Below are positions 26,897 to 38,886 of a stretch of DNA of 64,000 nucleotides, one piece after another. A program made the position numbers and the translations under genes. The notes beneath the pieces were generated by a model. The model saw only the letters and a program-made list of their open reading frames with translations, was not told the DNA's origin and did no database searches. How positions within the stretch are numbered: position 1 is the first letter of the stretch; each line of letters starts with the position of its first letter. Origin of the DNA: Mobula hypostoma (Eukaryota); NCBI RefSeq assembly GCF_963921235.1, contig NC_086097.1, positions 143,966,001-144,030,000 of the forward strand, read 5' to 3'.

Positions 26897-28480
26897 TATG
26901 ATGGTGTTGGTTTTGTTGACCATGAACGTCTAAACTCAAATTAAGTTGTTAAGCCCTAAGGGAGATTATATTGTAACAATCTTCAAAGACTAGTTCACTT
27001 CCCTGTTTCTTCTCCATGGCATGTTTAGCTGCCAATAGTCATTATTTGAGTGGTGGGTCCCCTCTTCCTAACAAGGAGAAGATACTTCCAGCTAACAAAG
27101 TAGTTTAAAACACAGTTCATTTATTTTCAGTGATGCAGGTTTAAACCCAAACAACATTCTTAAAACACATTTAAAACTTACAGAGTATTTCCATCTTTTA
27201 AAACATTTCTAAATTACAAACCATTTCTAACACACAAAGTATTTCTAAAACACAAAGAATTTCTAAAACACAGGTTCAATTTTTATAAACTAAAAAGATA
27301 TATCAAATGATTTCTCCGTCACAGAAATTGACGTCAGCGGAATGGATTCTAGTGAACCCCATGTTTCTTTCATGCTTCTTAATGTTCTTTAACCATTCCT
27401 AATAACCCTGAACTACTCTCTACATTTATACGCAAACAACAGGAATTCTGCAGATGCTGGAAATTCAAGCAACACACATCAAAGTTGCTGGTGAACGCAG
27501 CAGGCCAGGCAGCATCTATAGGAAGAGGCGCAGTCGACGTTTCAGGCCGAGACGAAGGGTCTCGGCCTGAAACGTCGACTGCGCCTCTTCCTATAGATGC
27601 TGCCTGGCCTGCTGCGTTCACTCTACATTTATACAGTTTCTTTGTCACTTGGGTGACTTCACGCGTATATGATATTTCTTCAGATACCCTTTTTTACACA
27701 AAAGGTTTAAAAGATTTTTGGAGACGCAGTTCCCAGCTACCCACAATTAATGCTATAAAGCTAACTTCCTTGAGTACATAAAACTTCCTACTTATTAATG
27801 GATCAGTTGTTGATACGTATTGGGTGGCAGGGTGGAGATACATTTCTACCAAATGTGTAAGATGCTCCTTCCTTCCGCTAGCCTGCAGATCACCCTTGGG
27901 CAAGGGTAACACCTGCTTTGCCCCCTGATCAGGCTCACTTGAAGCCATGGGAGCAGGTGGTGGATGGTTGTGTGAGCAGCTGGTGCATATCACAAGTCCT
28001 GGTTATGCAAACCCTGAAGCCAAGCAGACAATCCATCCATCTTGTAAAGACACTGCCCAGAAGGTGGCAATGGAAAACCATTTCTGTAGAAAAATTTGCC
28101 AAGGGCAATAAGGGTCAATGAGGCCATGACTGCTAAGTGATTTGTGGTCTACAAGTTTCTTCAAATTAAGCAACTTAGCCAGCACTGTCTGTTTTGAAAC
28201 AAGTCACACCAAATAATCCATTGTCTTAAACTGCACTTCTTGAGGAGCGATAAACCAGGTGCCATGACCAACATTCTATTTTTTAAACAGACAATGCTTC
28301 TTATTTGCAAAGCTGCTCTATAGACAGTTCTTTGTTTCACCTTTAAACTGATTATTACTTTGCATTTACATTTTTAAGAGATGAAGACTGGCTCCCGTGT
28401 CAAAGCATATAGTTGGAAGTTTAACCTACAATGTTCGATCTTGACAAATGCCAGCTGCTGTGTTTAGAAAGCAGAGTTTG
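26897..28480 (-). repeat. 5' LTR (U3-R-U5) of the foamy-like provirus, containing two later insertions
   Basis: Abuts the PBS; on the minus strand: CRE TGACGTCA 27329-27336, TATAAAA 27281-27287, GTAAGT 27176-27181, AATAAA 27120-27125; U3 part repeats at 18564-19068. Confidence 0.8.
27432..27620. mobile_element. Young Penelope-derived insertion with perfect inverted duplication and 14-bp TSD
   Basis: TSD ctctacatttatac at 27418-27431 and 27621-27634; arms 27491-27553 and 27559-27621. Confidence 0.85.
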
Positions 28481-29243
28481 CCCCCTGACCCAGGAAGCAA
28501 ATATCTATCACACTCACACCGCTAACAACCTTAGCTTGATTCTTATGATAAGTTGCTACTTATGTGGAGTTTGTGTGTTGCCCATGTGACCATTGTAGAT
28601 ACCTCAGATGCTCCAGTTTGCTCCCCCATCCCAAAGCCATATAGCTTGGTAGATTAACGGTGGACTCTAAATTACAATTTGGGCATAGGTAAATCAAGGG
28701 GTGCTGATGAGTATCTGGGGGAAGTTACCATGAAAAGAACGGTGGAACGTGAATGATGGAATTGCTCTGACAGCTAACACAGGAACGGCGGACTGAATGG
28801 TCTTATACTGAGTTGTAAGGAAACACGTCAAGCTCTCTCCCCCAGAATGGTCAATAATAAGAAAACTGGAACATTGGAACTTTGCAGTAATCATTGATAA
28901 GGAGGGCAGAAGCTAAGTTGCCTTTGCAGATAAATGGAGATAAGATGCTGATCAGTTAAAATCTACTTCAAGGGGAGAATAAACACCAGGAGGTTAATGG
29001 CCCTTTGTGCTGCCTGTTCGTTAAAACTGAGGAGCACAGAAATTTCTTTCCCAAAGGTTAGTGAGTGTCTGCCTCAAGGATGACAGAGGTCAGATCATTA
29101 GATGTATTTAAAGTGGAGAATGGTAAATATATGAAACATTATGGAATTCTGCCACAGGAACGGAGGGCATGATTGCATTGAATGATGAGGCAAGACTGAG
29201 GGGGCTGGAAGCCTACATGTGCCCCTGTTTCCTTACATTCTTA

Positions 29244-29755
29244 CACTCAGTAGCCATTTTGTTAGGTACACCTGCTCGTTAACAGGATTATCTAATCAGT
29301 TAATCACGTGGCAGCATTTCCTATGCATAGTCAAGAGGTTCAGTTGCTGTTTAGCCCAAACATCAGAATGAAGAGGAAATGTGATCCAAGTTACTTTGAC
29401 CCTTGGTGCAAGACAGGATGGTTTGATTATCTCAGAAATTAATGATCTGTGATTTTCATGCCCAACAGTTTCTAGAATTTACTTAGAATGGTGTGAAAAA
29501 CAAACAAAAAACATCCAGTGAGCAGCAGTTCTGTGTGCAAACATGCTTTGCTTTGCTAATGAGAGGCCAGAGGAGGATGTCCAGACTGGTTCAAGCTGAC
29601 AGGGTGACAGTAACTCAAGTAACCGTGGATTACAAGAGTGATGTGCAGTACAGCATCTCTGAACACACAACACTTTGAACCTCGAAGTGGATGGCCTACA
29701 GACGGAGAAGACCACACCAGGTTCCACTCCTGTACTCAGTAAAGTACACTGAGGG
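29244..29755 (+). mobile_element. Tc1-derived non-autonomous DNA transposon
   Basis: TA-CACTCAGT..TTAGGTACAC left end and a degenerate right end + TA; transposase remnant KTSSEQQFC..RGQRRMSRLVQADR. Confidence 0.75.
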
Positions 29756-30567
29756 TATGTTCATTTGCCAGGTTCCATGTTTCATTTGTGAACATGTGAA
29801 TAATATTGCCATCCTGATCGCAATGAAACAACCTGTCACCGCTCACTGCTGAAGGTTAGGGACAAAGAATAGCAACCTCAGCAAGCTACCAAAGGGGCAG
29901 CCAAGCACATGCGAAATTACAAACAGATTTATCTGCGCTCTTAGGACAAGAGGAGGGAGGAGGCAAAATGAATATTAGCAGAAAAGAGGGAAGGATGAAG
30001 GTCAAGTGTTTCACCGCTCAAGGCAAGTTCCAATTCTAAGAGTGACAGTGGACTGCAACAAAGAATTTTACACCTGTTAACAATAAAATCTCAAATTTTA
30101 TTCAGGTAGATTGCCACGGATTTTGAAATTAACCTCCATACTTAACAAAAGTAGGGGGTTTCCAATCCAGTTGAGAAAAACTAGAAAATTTCTTAACTAA
30201 ACTTAACTCATGTGGGGCGGGGGAAGGTAGCATTGTAATGTAACAGCTACTCTACTACAGCTCCAGTGACCCAGGTTCAATTCTTACCACGGTCTGCAAG
30301 GAGTTTGTACTTCCCCTCTGACTGTGTGGGTTCTTCCCACATTCCGACGCCGTACGGGTTAGTAGGGTAATTGGTCACATGGGTGGAATTGGATAGCATG
30401 GCTCTTGGGCTGAAAGTCCTGTTACCGTGCTGTATCCGTAAAAAAAATACATCTTTACGAGGGAGGCTAGACTGAATCATCGAACTTCATAGCTGAACCA
30501 TAAATATATACACTCTACATTTCACCTCCACTGTTATTTGCACAGCAGCTCACAGGATTGCACAGGA

Positions 30568-32889
30568 ATAGAAACATAGAAACATAGAAAATAGGTGCAG
30601 GAGTAGGCCATTCGGCCCTTCGAGCCTGCACCGCCATTTATTATGATCATGGCTGATCATCCAACTCAGAAACCCACCCCAGCCTTCCCTCCATACCCCC
30701 TGACCCCTGTAGCCACAAGGACCATATCTAACTCCCTCTTAAATATAGCCAATGAACTGGCCTCAACTGTTTCCTGTGGCAGAGAATTCCACAGATTCAC
30801 CACTCTCTGTGTGAAGAAGTTTTTCCTAATCTCAGTCCTAAAAGGCTTCCCCTCTATCCTCAAACTGTGGCCCCTCGTTCTGGACTTCCCCAACATCGGG
30901 AACAATCTTCCTGCATCTAGCCTGTCCAATCCCTTTAGGATTTTATACGTTTCAATCAGATCCCCCCTCAATCTTCTAAATTCCAACGAGTACAAGCCCA
31001 GTTCATCCAGTCTTTCTTCATATGAAAGTCCTGCCATCCCAGGAATCAATCTGGTGAACCTTCTTTGTACTCCCTCTATGGCAGGGATGTCTTTCCTCAG
31101 ATTAGGGGACCAAAACTGCACACAATACTCCAGGTGTGGTCTCCCCAAGGCCTTGTACAACTGCAGTAGTACCTCCCTGCTCCTGTACTCGAATCCTCTC
31201 GCTATAAATGCCAGCATACCATTCGCCCTTTTCACCGCCTGCTGTACCTGCATGCCCACTTTCAATGATTGGTGTATAATGACACCCAGGTCTCGTTGCA
31301 CCTCCCCTTTTCCGAATTGGCCGCCATTCAGATAATAATCTGTTTTCCTATTTTTGCCACCAAAGTGGATTATTTCACATTTATCCACATTAAATTGCAT
31401 CTGCCATGAATTTGCCCACTCACTCAACCTATCCAAGTCACCCTGCATCCTCTTAGCATCCTCCTCACAGCTAACACTGCCACCCAGCTTCATGTCATCC
31501 GCAAACTTGGAGATGCTGCATTCAATTCCCTCATCCAAGTCATTAATATATATTGTAAACAACTGGGGTCCCAGCACTGAGCCTTGCGGTACCCCACTAG
31601 TCACCGCCTGCCATTCTGAAAAGGTCCCATTTATTCCCACTCTTTGCTTCCTGTCTGCTAACCAATTCTCCACCCACACCAATACCTTACCCCCAATACC
31701 GTGTGCTTTAAGTTTGCACACTAATCTCCTGTGTGGGACCTTGTCAAAAGCCTTTTGAAAATCCAAATATACCACATCCACTGGTTCTCCCCTATCCACT
31801 CTACTAGTTACATCCTCAAAAAATTCTATGAGATTCGTCAGACATGATTTTCCTTTCACAAATCCATGCTGACTTTGTCCGATGATTTCACCGCTTTCCA
31901 AATGTGCTGTTATCACATCCTTGATAACTGACTCCAGCAGTTTCCCCACCACCGACGTTAGGCTAACCGGTCTATAATTCCCCGGTTTCTCTCTCCCTCC
32001 TTTTTTAAAAAGTGGGGTTACATTAGCCACCCTCCAATCCTCAGGAATTAGTCCAGAATCTAACGAGTTTTGAAGAATTATCACCAATGCATCCACTATT
32101 TCTTGGGCTACTTCCTTAAGCACTCTAGGATGCAGACCATCTGGTCCTGGGGATTTATCTGCCTTCAATCCCTTCAATTTACCTAACACCACTTCCCTAC
32201 TAACATGTATTTCACTCAGTTCCTCCATCTCACTGGACCCTCTGTCCCCTACTATTTCTGGAAGGTTATTTATGTCCTCCTTAGTGAAGACAGAACCAAA
32301 GTAATTATTCAATTGGTCTGCCATGTCCTTGCTCCCCATAATCAATTCACCTGTTTCTGTCTGCAGGGGACCTACATTTATCTTTACCAGTCTTTTCCTT
32401 TTTACATATTATAAAAGCTTTTACAATCCGTTTTTATGTTCCCTGCCAGTTTTCTCTCATAATCTTTTTTCCCCTTCCTAATTAAGCCCTTTGTCCTCCT
32501 CTGCTGAACTCTGAATTTCTCTTCGGGTGAGCCACTTTCTCTGGCTAATTTGTATGCTTCTTCTTTGGAATTGATACTATCCCTAATTTTTCTTGTCAGC
32601 CACGGGTGCACTACCTTCCTTGATTTATTCTTTTGCCAAACTGGGATGAACAATTGTTGTAGTTCATCCATGCAACTCTTAAATGCTTGCCATTGCATAT
32701 CCACCGTCAATCCTTTAAGTGTCATTTGCCAGTCTATCTTAGCTAATTCACGTCTCATACCTTCAAAGTTACCCCTCTTTAAGTTCAGAACCTTTGTTTC
32801 TGAATTAACTATGTCACTCTCCATCTTCATGAAGAATTCCACCATATTATGGTCACTCTTACCCAAGGGGCCTCTCACGACAAGATCGC
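30568..32889 (-). mobile_element. Young 5'-truncated CR1 LINE
   Basis: (tttctatg)n tail at 30568-30590; near-intact ORF2 with one frame break near 32400. Confidence 0.95.
30666..32345 (-). CDS. CR1 ORF2 reverse transcriptase domain, 559 aa open frame (TE-derived, partial)
   Basis: KSPGPDG, NYRPVSLTS, QHGFVKGKSCLTNL, YLDFQKAFDKVPH, GVPQGSVLGP, KFADD. Confidence 0.85.
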   Translation of the reverse strand: MIMGSKDMADQLNNYFGSVFTKEDINNLPEIVGDRGSSEMEELSEIHVSREVVLGKLKGLKADKSPGPDGLHPRVLKEVAQEIVDALVIILQNSLDSGLIPEDWRVANVTPLFKKGGREKPGNYRPVSLTSVVGKLLESVIKDVITAHLESGEIIGQSQHGFVKGKSCLTNLIEFFEDVTSRVDRGEPVDVVYLDFQKAFDKVPHRRLVCKLKAHGIGGKVLVWVENWLADRKQRVGINGTFSEWQAVTSGVPQGSVLGPQLFTIYINDLDEGIECSISKFADDMKLGGSVSCEEDAKRMQGDLDRLSEWANSWQMQFNVDKCEIIHFGGKNRKTDYYLNGGQFGKGEVQRDLGVIIHQSLKVGMQVQQAVKRANGMLAFIARGFEYRSREVLLQLYKALGRPHLEYCVQFWSPNLRKDIPAIEGVQRRFTRLIPGMAGLSYEERLDELGLYSLEFRRLRGDLIETYKILKGLDRLDAGRLFPMLGKSRTRGHSLRIEGKPFRTEIRKNFFTQRVVNLWNSLPQETVEASSLAIFKRELDMVLVATGVRGYGGKAGVGF

Positions 32890-33651
32890 ATATAGGGATA
32901 CAACTGTCACAGGCCTTGTAACATTTCACATCTGTACCGTGCTTAAGGTATCTTTTGCAAGCTGATTATTTAAATTGGCTCATTCAAGTTGCTAATGGTA
33001 ATTTGCAAGGAGGCCTTCATTGTTCCCCAGGATATATTAAACTTAGTCACATTAAAAACAATTGAATTATATAACAGCTTGCATGGCCAGTATTTATTGT
33101 TCAGTATCGCCGGGCCTCAATCCTAGAACTCAATACCCAACGGCACAATGAGTGCATTGTCTTTGGACTCCAGTACTGTAGTACAAAGTGGTGGCTCACT
33201 ACCACCTTCTGAGGAGTAATCAGGGAAGGGCAAGAAATGATCACAGAAATCAATACTGGTAAAAGGTTACCATAATTGGGCAACTCCCCAGCAATTTTAT
33301 ACAATAAGTTGGCATTCCTGACAGCCGAGAGTCAACCAGCTTGGTGTGAAATCGAATCCATAACTAGGTTCAGATGGGCAGTATTTTTTTGTAAATGAGA
33401 ATCCAACAGCTTCGAAGTTACTTTTGCAGACAAAGGGTATTTGTATATTGTTTCCAAAAATCTCAATATCTATACTAGATTGTAAACTTAAGTTTCCTGG
33501 GTTAGCACTCCTATGAATTATTGGCCTAACATAATGACCACACTAATATAGCCCATTATCTCACCATCTATATTCTTTAAGATGATAGATATGCCATACA
33601 CAGATTTCTTGAATGTCTCTAGTTACAGAGAAAATGGCATTGTTTAAAGTG

Positions 33652-34140
33652 TTAACAGAAGAGATTCTGCAGACGCTGGAAATCCAGAGGATCAATCACA
33701 AAATCCTCCTGAGGAACTCAGCAGGTCAGGCAGCATCTATGGTGAGGAATGAAGAGTCAACATTTTGGGCTGTGACCCTTCAACACCTCTGGAAAGTAAG
33801 GGCATAGAAGCCAGAATAAGTAGAGGAGGGAAGGAGCAAAGCTGACAGTGATAGGTGACACCAGTTGACGAGGAAGATAGGTGGGTGGTGAAGGGGGAAC
33901 GAAGTGAGAAACTGGGAGGTGATGGGCGAAAGAGGTATAAGGGCTGAAGGAGGAGGAAGTTGATAGGAGAGGAAAAGGGAGCATAAGAGAAAGGGAAGGG
34001 GTACCAGAGGGAGGTGACGGACAGATGAGAAGGGGTAAGGATGGAACCAGGACTGGGAATGGAGAACGTGGAGGAAGATTGGGGCAGGGGGGGGAAGGAA
34101 TGGGAAGAAATTACCAGAGGTTAGAGAAATTAATGTTTAT
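33652..34140 (-). repeat. Penelope-derived repeat with purine-rich body
   Basis: gattctgcagacgctggaaatcc..gaggaactcagcaggtcaggcagcatctatg followed by a GA-rich tract. Confidence 0.6.
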
Positions 34141-34444
34141 GTATTCTTTTGATTTTGTGTTACCAGCAAATCTTTAGCAAACTTGGATCATTTCAGTAGA
34201 AGTTTTTCCAAATGAAATGGAGAGAATACAAATGAAATGGAGATGGGCAAGGGCTGAAAGAAATGTGGAGCCAAGTTTCTAACTAGCAGAGGAGGATTCA
34301 GGGGGTTAGATGGACTTTCCTATGTCCATATTCTCTAAGTGGAATTACTTTTGCCAACTGAACTCAGAAATGGGTGCAATTCCTTCAATTTCCTTCCCAA
34401 CTGCTGCTGCAGCTTTGGCAGATGGTTCATAAAAATTTAATTAA

Positions 34445-35547
34445 AGAGTCATAAACCACGACAGCACAGAAACAAGCCTTTCGACTGATCTAGTCCATGC
34501 CAAACTGTTTCCACCTACTCGGACCATAGCCGTCCAAACCCCTCTCATCCACTTACCTATCCGGAACTTCCCTTAAGTGGTGCAGTTGAAGCCACATTGA
34601 CCACTTCCACTGGAAGCTCATTCCACACTCACAACATCCTGTGAGTGAAGTAGTTTCCCCTCAGAGTTCACTTATATACTTCGCCTTTCACCCTAAACCC
34701 ATGACCTTTAATTCTAGTCTGACCCAACCTCAGGTGAAAAAACTGGCACACATTCACCCTAACAATCTCCCCTCATTCTCCTGTACTCCAAGGAATAAAA
34801 GTCCTAACCTATTGGGGGATAGAGTTCAAGAACTGCAAGGTAATGTTGCAGCTCTATAAACCTCTGACTAGACCACACTTGTAGTATTGTGTTGAGTTCT
34901 GGTCACATGATAGGATGTGGAAGCTTTGGAGAGAGTGCAGAGATTTATCAGGGTGCTGCCTAGATCAGAAACATGTCTTATGAGGAAAGGTTTAGTGAGC
35001 TAGGGTGTTTCTCTTTGGAGCAAAGGAGAATGTGAGTTGACTTGATAGAGATGTACAAGATGATAAGAGGCATAGATAGAGTGGACAGCCAACACCTTTG
35101 TCCCATGGCTGCAATGGCTATTACAAGAAGGCATAATTTTCATGTGATTGGAGGGAAGTATGTGGGGGGAGAGATGTCAAGGATAGGTTGATAACAGAAT
35201 GTTAACTGAATGGAACACACTGTCAAAAGTGGAGGTGGAAGCAGATACATTAGGGACATTTAGGAGACTCTTAGGCACATGGATGAAAGAAAAATGGAGA
35301 GTTATGTAGGAGGGAAGTGTTGAGTTGATTTTGGAGTAGGTTAAAACATTAGGACAACATAATGGGCCAAAGAGCCTATACAGTTTTATGTTCTCTCCAA
35401 ACTTTCCCAAATAATTTAAGTCCTAAAGTGCTGACAAATTTTCTTTCCAGTATTTTGATATTGCTACCTTTTCTGTAGATAGTGTCGGAACTGCACACAA
35501 TACTCCAATTTCTGTCTCACTAACATCTTATACAACTTCAACATAGG
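34445..35547. mobile_element. CR1 3' fragments in both orientations
   Basis: Minus tail 34445-34813; plus LYK.L.RPHL.YC..FWS to tail 34814-35390; minus piece 35462-35547. Confidence 0.7.
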
Positions 35548-36459
35548 ATACATGAAGATCCTCCGACAACACCATAACATTGGATCAGGAAAGATGCTAA
35601 GGAAATTTCCAAGATTTTCCTTTAAGCAAAAATTACATTCTATTGACTTAGATTTCATGTTAATTTGGGGTTAGACTAGGGATCACTCTAGACCAATATA
35701 TTACCCTGCATTGATAATGGAAGAAATCTTATCATTTCACCAGTATGCTTAAAAATTATTTGGCAGTGCAGTAAAGTTGCTGAGCTAACCATGAAATTAG
35801 CAGAAAGGTAAATACTTTTCTGTTGCTATTGGCATTAGTCAAGGGAAGGAGACTAATTACTGTCCCGGAGAATTCCCTGCTTTCTAGAAAAAATAAGTTT
35901 TATAAAGGAGCATTCTATCTATTGAGATAAATATCATCTTATTTCATTGCATGGAGAAAGTCTGGACCTTCCCAAGTGAAACAACTGCAGAAGGCTTATG
36001 TAATTGAAGAGCTAGGATACACTGAAGACACAACTCTAAAAATAAATGAGATTAGAAATGAGTAGAAGGAACCTCTTTGTGAACAGCTGAAAAAGATTGA
36101 GATAAGAAGAATGGATATTTAGTGTTGCTTTGGACACTTAATTGAAGGAAAATAATTTAAAAAAATAAAGAAAACAAATTGATTAAATAATTAAAGTGAA
36201 GGAAAATGTGGGGGGTACTGGTAGGAGATTAGAACAATGAAATTGGCTTAAAATGCCCTGGGAAAGGTTCAATGCTTTGGGAAGCAAAGGTCATTCCTTT
36301 GATGTAAACAACTGGTTTGCAAATACGGCAATAGTTTGATAATATAAATTTGGCACAGATTTCCACCAACTCCCCTTAGCCTCCATTAAGAAAATGACAC
36401 ATCTCTATTGATACACAGCATTGGCAAACAACAGACTGGTAAAAGTTAATTCCAGCAGA

Positions 36460-38886
36460 TCCCTTGAGACATTGGTACCTTTATTGTCATTCAGGAGTGC
36501 ATAGGTTTACTTTGAACTTCCAATTTTTATTTCAGAATCTCAGCATATGAATTTTTAATTCCAGCCAACCTGGAATCAGAAAATAAACAAACAAGATTGA
36601 CATATGCATTTTTTTGGTTTACAAGCTCCACCATCTTGAACACATATTCTAAATATAAATTTTCAGAAATGAAGCTATAGTTTAAGCAAAGAAGCAAGTT
36701 TTAAAACAAAAATACATGTCTTGGCAGTCAATCTGAGCAAACACATTCAAGGTGGAAGATCTCAAAATTCAAAATTTCATGCAACATTACTAACTCACAG
36801 TACAGAAGAAAATACGGAATTAAATAACATTGACAAATATAATCTATTCTCAAATTCTGACAAAAGATTTGAGAAAGTTGATTAAGTTAGTTTACATTGA
36901 CAACAATTTAAATAAAAAATTCCAATACAAATGCTCACATTCACAGTAGCATCATATTTACATAAGATATTCCAAAATTAATTAGCAGCATTGGCTTAAC
37001 TGACATCTCTTGGAAGGTGAAAGGGCTATAGAAGATTTCCTGTGATGTTATTAACTTTCAAAAGGTAGTTTTCCCTTTTATTTTTCATGCGTGAACACCT
37101 TAATTGCACTCCCTAAGATGTTCAGTTCCCATTCCCAAACCCTCCAGATAAGGGCTGTAAATCTCTGGTTGGAAGCAAGCATAGGGAAGATCCAGCTATC
37201 TTTAAACTAGAGGAGACTTTTCTATCTAACATGCATCCATCTTATTTAGCTACACTTGCATCACAAATGAAAAGGAAAGCAGACTGCTTCAGTGCTGATA
37301 CTGGGTTCTCTTGAACAAGAGCCAAAACATAAGTAGTGATTTAAGCTATGAAGACTTGGAGATACCTATTTTTCCATGGGATTTATGTGAACAGAATTGA
37401 TAGGCTCAGTTAAATACCAATGTATTATAGCAGCTAAATATCAGAAACCCTGGGCTTCTTATGAGTTATTCCACAGGAGTTCTGCTACCTTTGAATTTTT
37501 AAAAAAGTACCAGTAGTGTGGGCCAAAATACTAAGACCCACAAGCAACTTCTTTGTGTAAACAAGACAAGTAATATTAGTAGAATGTACCACTCAGTATT
37601 TCAGAAGCACGTCACTTAGATCTTTTAATAGGAGGAGGGATTTTTCACCATAATCAAAACAGGCAATTGGGTTATTTACAAGCTCCCAGTTTTTCATTTT
37701 GATGATATCTCCATCTCTCATCTTTCTCACCCAAAGTAGGATTCAGCATTTTGGGTTGCCAACATTTCAAGCATTAAAGGTTAAACCTCCTGACATTTTA
37801 CAGTGATGTGGAAGAAAATCCACTGGGGAATTTAAAATGCATTTTCTCTCCATCTAGTTACTGAAATAAAGTGGAGGCAGGAGGGAAATAAGGCTCTTTG
37901 GGTGGTTGGAAGTGGGATGTCATGTGGTTAAATGCCCTGGATTTTGGAGGTGATCATAACAGTAAGTGATTTCACTTTGTATACACTTGACAGGAAACTG
38001 TATTGCTCCTCCCAGGTTCGATAATAGACAGAAGTCTATCTGAGATTCCTTGCCTACAGCTTCACTGGTTATTTTCCACTAGATTCATTTCATTTGGAAA
38101 GTTTGGGAGTATGTATGTGGATCCATACAAGGATGGAGGAGAAAACAGGAAAAGTAGTCAAAATCCACAAAGGTTGAAGGCAATAAAGGATGAATAAGAT
38201 GTACATCCACCAGCCAATGACCTCATTAAGTACAGAGAAATTATACTAACTATAAAATAGCAGCTTTCCACTTCTAACAATTTCTAGAAAAATGTGATGT
38301 GCCAATTTTCTAAAAAATATAAATACTGAATGGAGCCGTTTAAAGAGAGACTGCCATTACCAAAATATAGTTCCCCCTCCCCAGCTTCTTAAATCTCTAG
38401 TGAATCCAGTTATGTGTGTGTTTTCTATATTGGGTGTCTTGTAATGCTATTCGATTAAGTAAAAAAAATTGCAATTAATGATATGCATTCGTATTTTTTT
38501 TCTTTTGGATAACTGATTTTATTTAGGAATACTGGGACGTGGCATGCCAAAAACCATCAGGGGCAGATCCACAGAATACCTAGACAAATATTTACATTAT
38601 GTCCCCATTTGAAAAGTTTGTAGAGCATTGCACAGATATCCATTTTAATTCCTTGTACTTCATCTCGTTTCTTAAGATATAAAAAGGAAAATGAAGATAA
38701 TTTTCCCTTTCACAGACAATGATAAAAGCAAAAAGGTCTAACATTTTCAATGTCAAACATCACGAGATCACAGAAGCTTCCTACACAAACCAGTAGGAGG
38801 GACACTCAAATTATTCAAAGATATCAGCAACTCTCTAATGAATTACCCACTGGCAGATCTCAGATTGAGGCTGTTTTCTCCATCAG
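36460..38886 (-). other. Long AU-rich 3' UTR of the CDK5 activator gene (end approximate)
   Basis: TE-free AT-rich sequence; AATAAA on the minus strand at ~36480-36485 and ~36527-36532. Confidence 0.55.

Larger units (their letters stand above)
18564..28480 (-). mobile_element. Endogenous foamy virus-like (Spumaretrovirinae) provirus, degraded, with at least 7 secondary TE insertions
   Basis: LTR-PBS(Lys1,2)-gag-pol-(env?)-LTR order on the minus strand; multiple foamy-specific peptide motifs (see sub-features). Confidence 0.9.

Noticed and set aside
27160..27272. Spaced tttctaaaacac-like repeats resembling a CRISPR-like array
   Set aside because: Degenerate AT-rich tandem repeat within the viral LTR of a eukaryote; no regular spacers and no cas genes.
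30643..31758. Long plus-strand ORFs (230 aa, 134 aa), and likewise 45397-45969
   Set aside because: Antisense shadows of CR1 ORF2, not genes.
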